A stretch of 63,216 nucleotides of DNA, counting the filler, from Asterionella formosa (taxonomy: Eukaryota), in NCBI GenBank assembly GCA_002256025.1. It is 25 parts of 25 records of this genome, joined end to end, with 100 filler letters (N's around TTAATTAATTAA, not from the genome) between each part and the next. Parts side by side here need not be neighbours in the genome. Positions count along the whole stretch, not along the records: positions 61,716 to 63,216 come from NKIB01002183.1; 24 more parts are not named here. One strand, given 5' to 3'. The position numbers and the translations under genes were made by a program. Within the stretch, counting starts at the first letter, position 1, and each line of letters begins with the position of its first letter. Shown piece by piece: positions 62,998 to 63,216 of the stretch. The notes under the pieces are model-generated. The model made no database searches, had not been told where the DNA came from, and was given only the letters and a program-made list of their open reading frames with translations.

Positions 62998-63216
62998 ATG
63001 GCCGAAGAAGGAAGCGACGAAAAGATCACCATTGCGAGCGGAACGAGAGAAATCGCTTACGACGCCAAGTCAAGACGATTCTTTGAGAATAACTTGCAGA
63101 AAGAAGAATGCATTCCTGACGAGGAATACTGTGTCGTCGATCCGGAAAGTGGGGAACTCATTCGTCTCACAGTAGCCGAAAAGGAGCGTATCTTTCTGGA
63201 CGCGCTTCAGTCCTAC
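62998..63216 (+). pseudogene. PGRL1: PGRL1-like fragment, copy 3 (absent from the ORF track; runs off the window)
   Basis: MAEEGSDEKITIASGTREIAYDAKSRRFFENNLQKEECIPDEEYC. Contig 61716-63216 is the reverse complement of the same repeat unit. Confidence 0.72.

Overview
This is not one locus. It is 25 separate contigs joined by an artificial 100-bp spacer (N44-TTAATTAATTAA-N44): 24 are about 1.5 kb and one is 24.75 kb (12828-37581). Adjacency across spacers has no biological meaning. The content is nuclear DNA of a eukaryote, most likely a diatom (GT-AG introns, CoDi-type copia elements, a PGRL1-like plastid protein). Host genes: CDC45, mitochondrial-type ribosomal protein L21, gamma-glutamyl hydrolase, a RING-H2 protein, a Pro/Thr-repeat protein and several ARM-repeat genes. 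Most of the rest is transposon debris: copia, gypsy, LINE-like, DIRS-like and Crypton-like tyrosine recombinases, and piggyBac-, Harbinger-, pogo- and Plavaka-like DNA transposons. The most striking unexplained signal is a window-wide excess of tiny TA-flanked inserts (TA-CCGG-TA, TA-CC[A/T]GG-TA, TA-GC-TA). Some are present in one repeat copy and absent in another, they chain in mixed orientation, and one frameshifts a coding relic. I infer that they are accumulated excision footprints of TA-targeting (Tc1/mariner/pogo-type) transposons. A second notable signal is a PGRL1-like fragment without a signal peptide, found in three diverged copies attached to the same repeat. Family assignments come from motif recognition by eye, not database searches.
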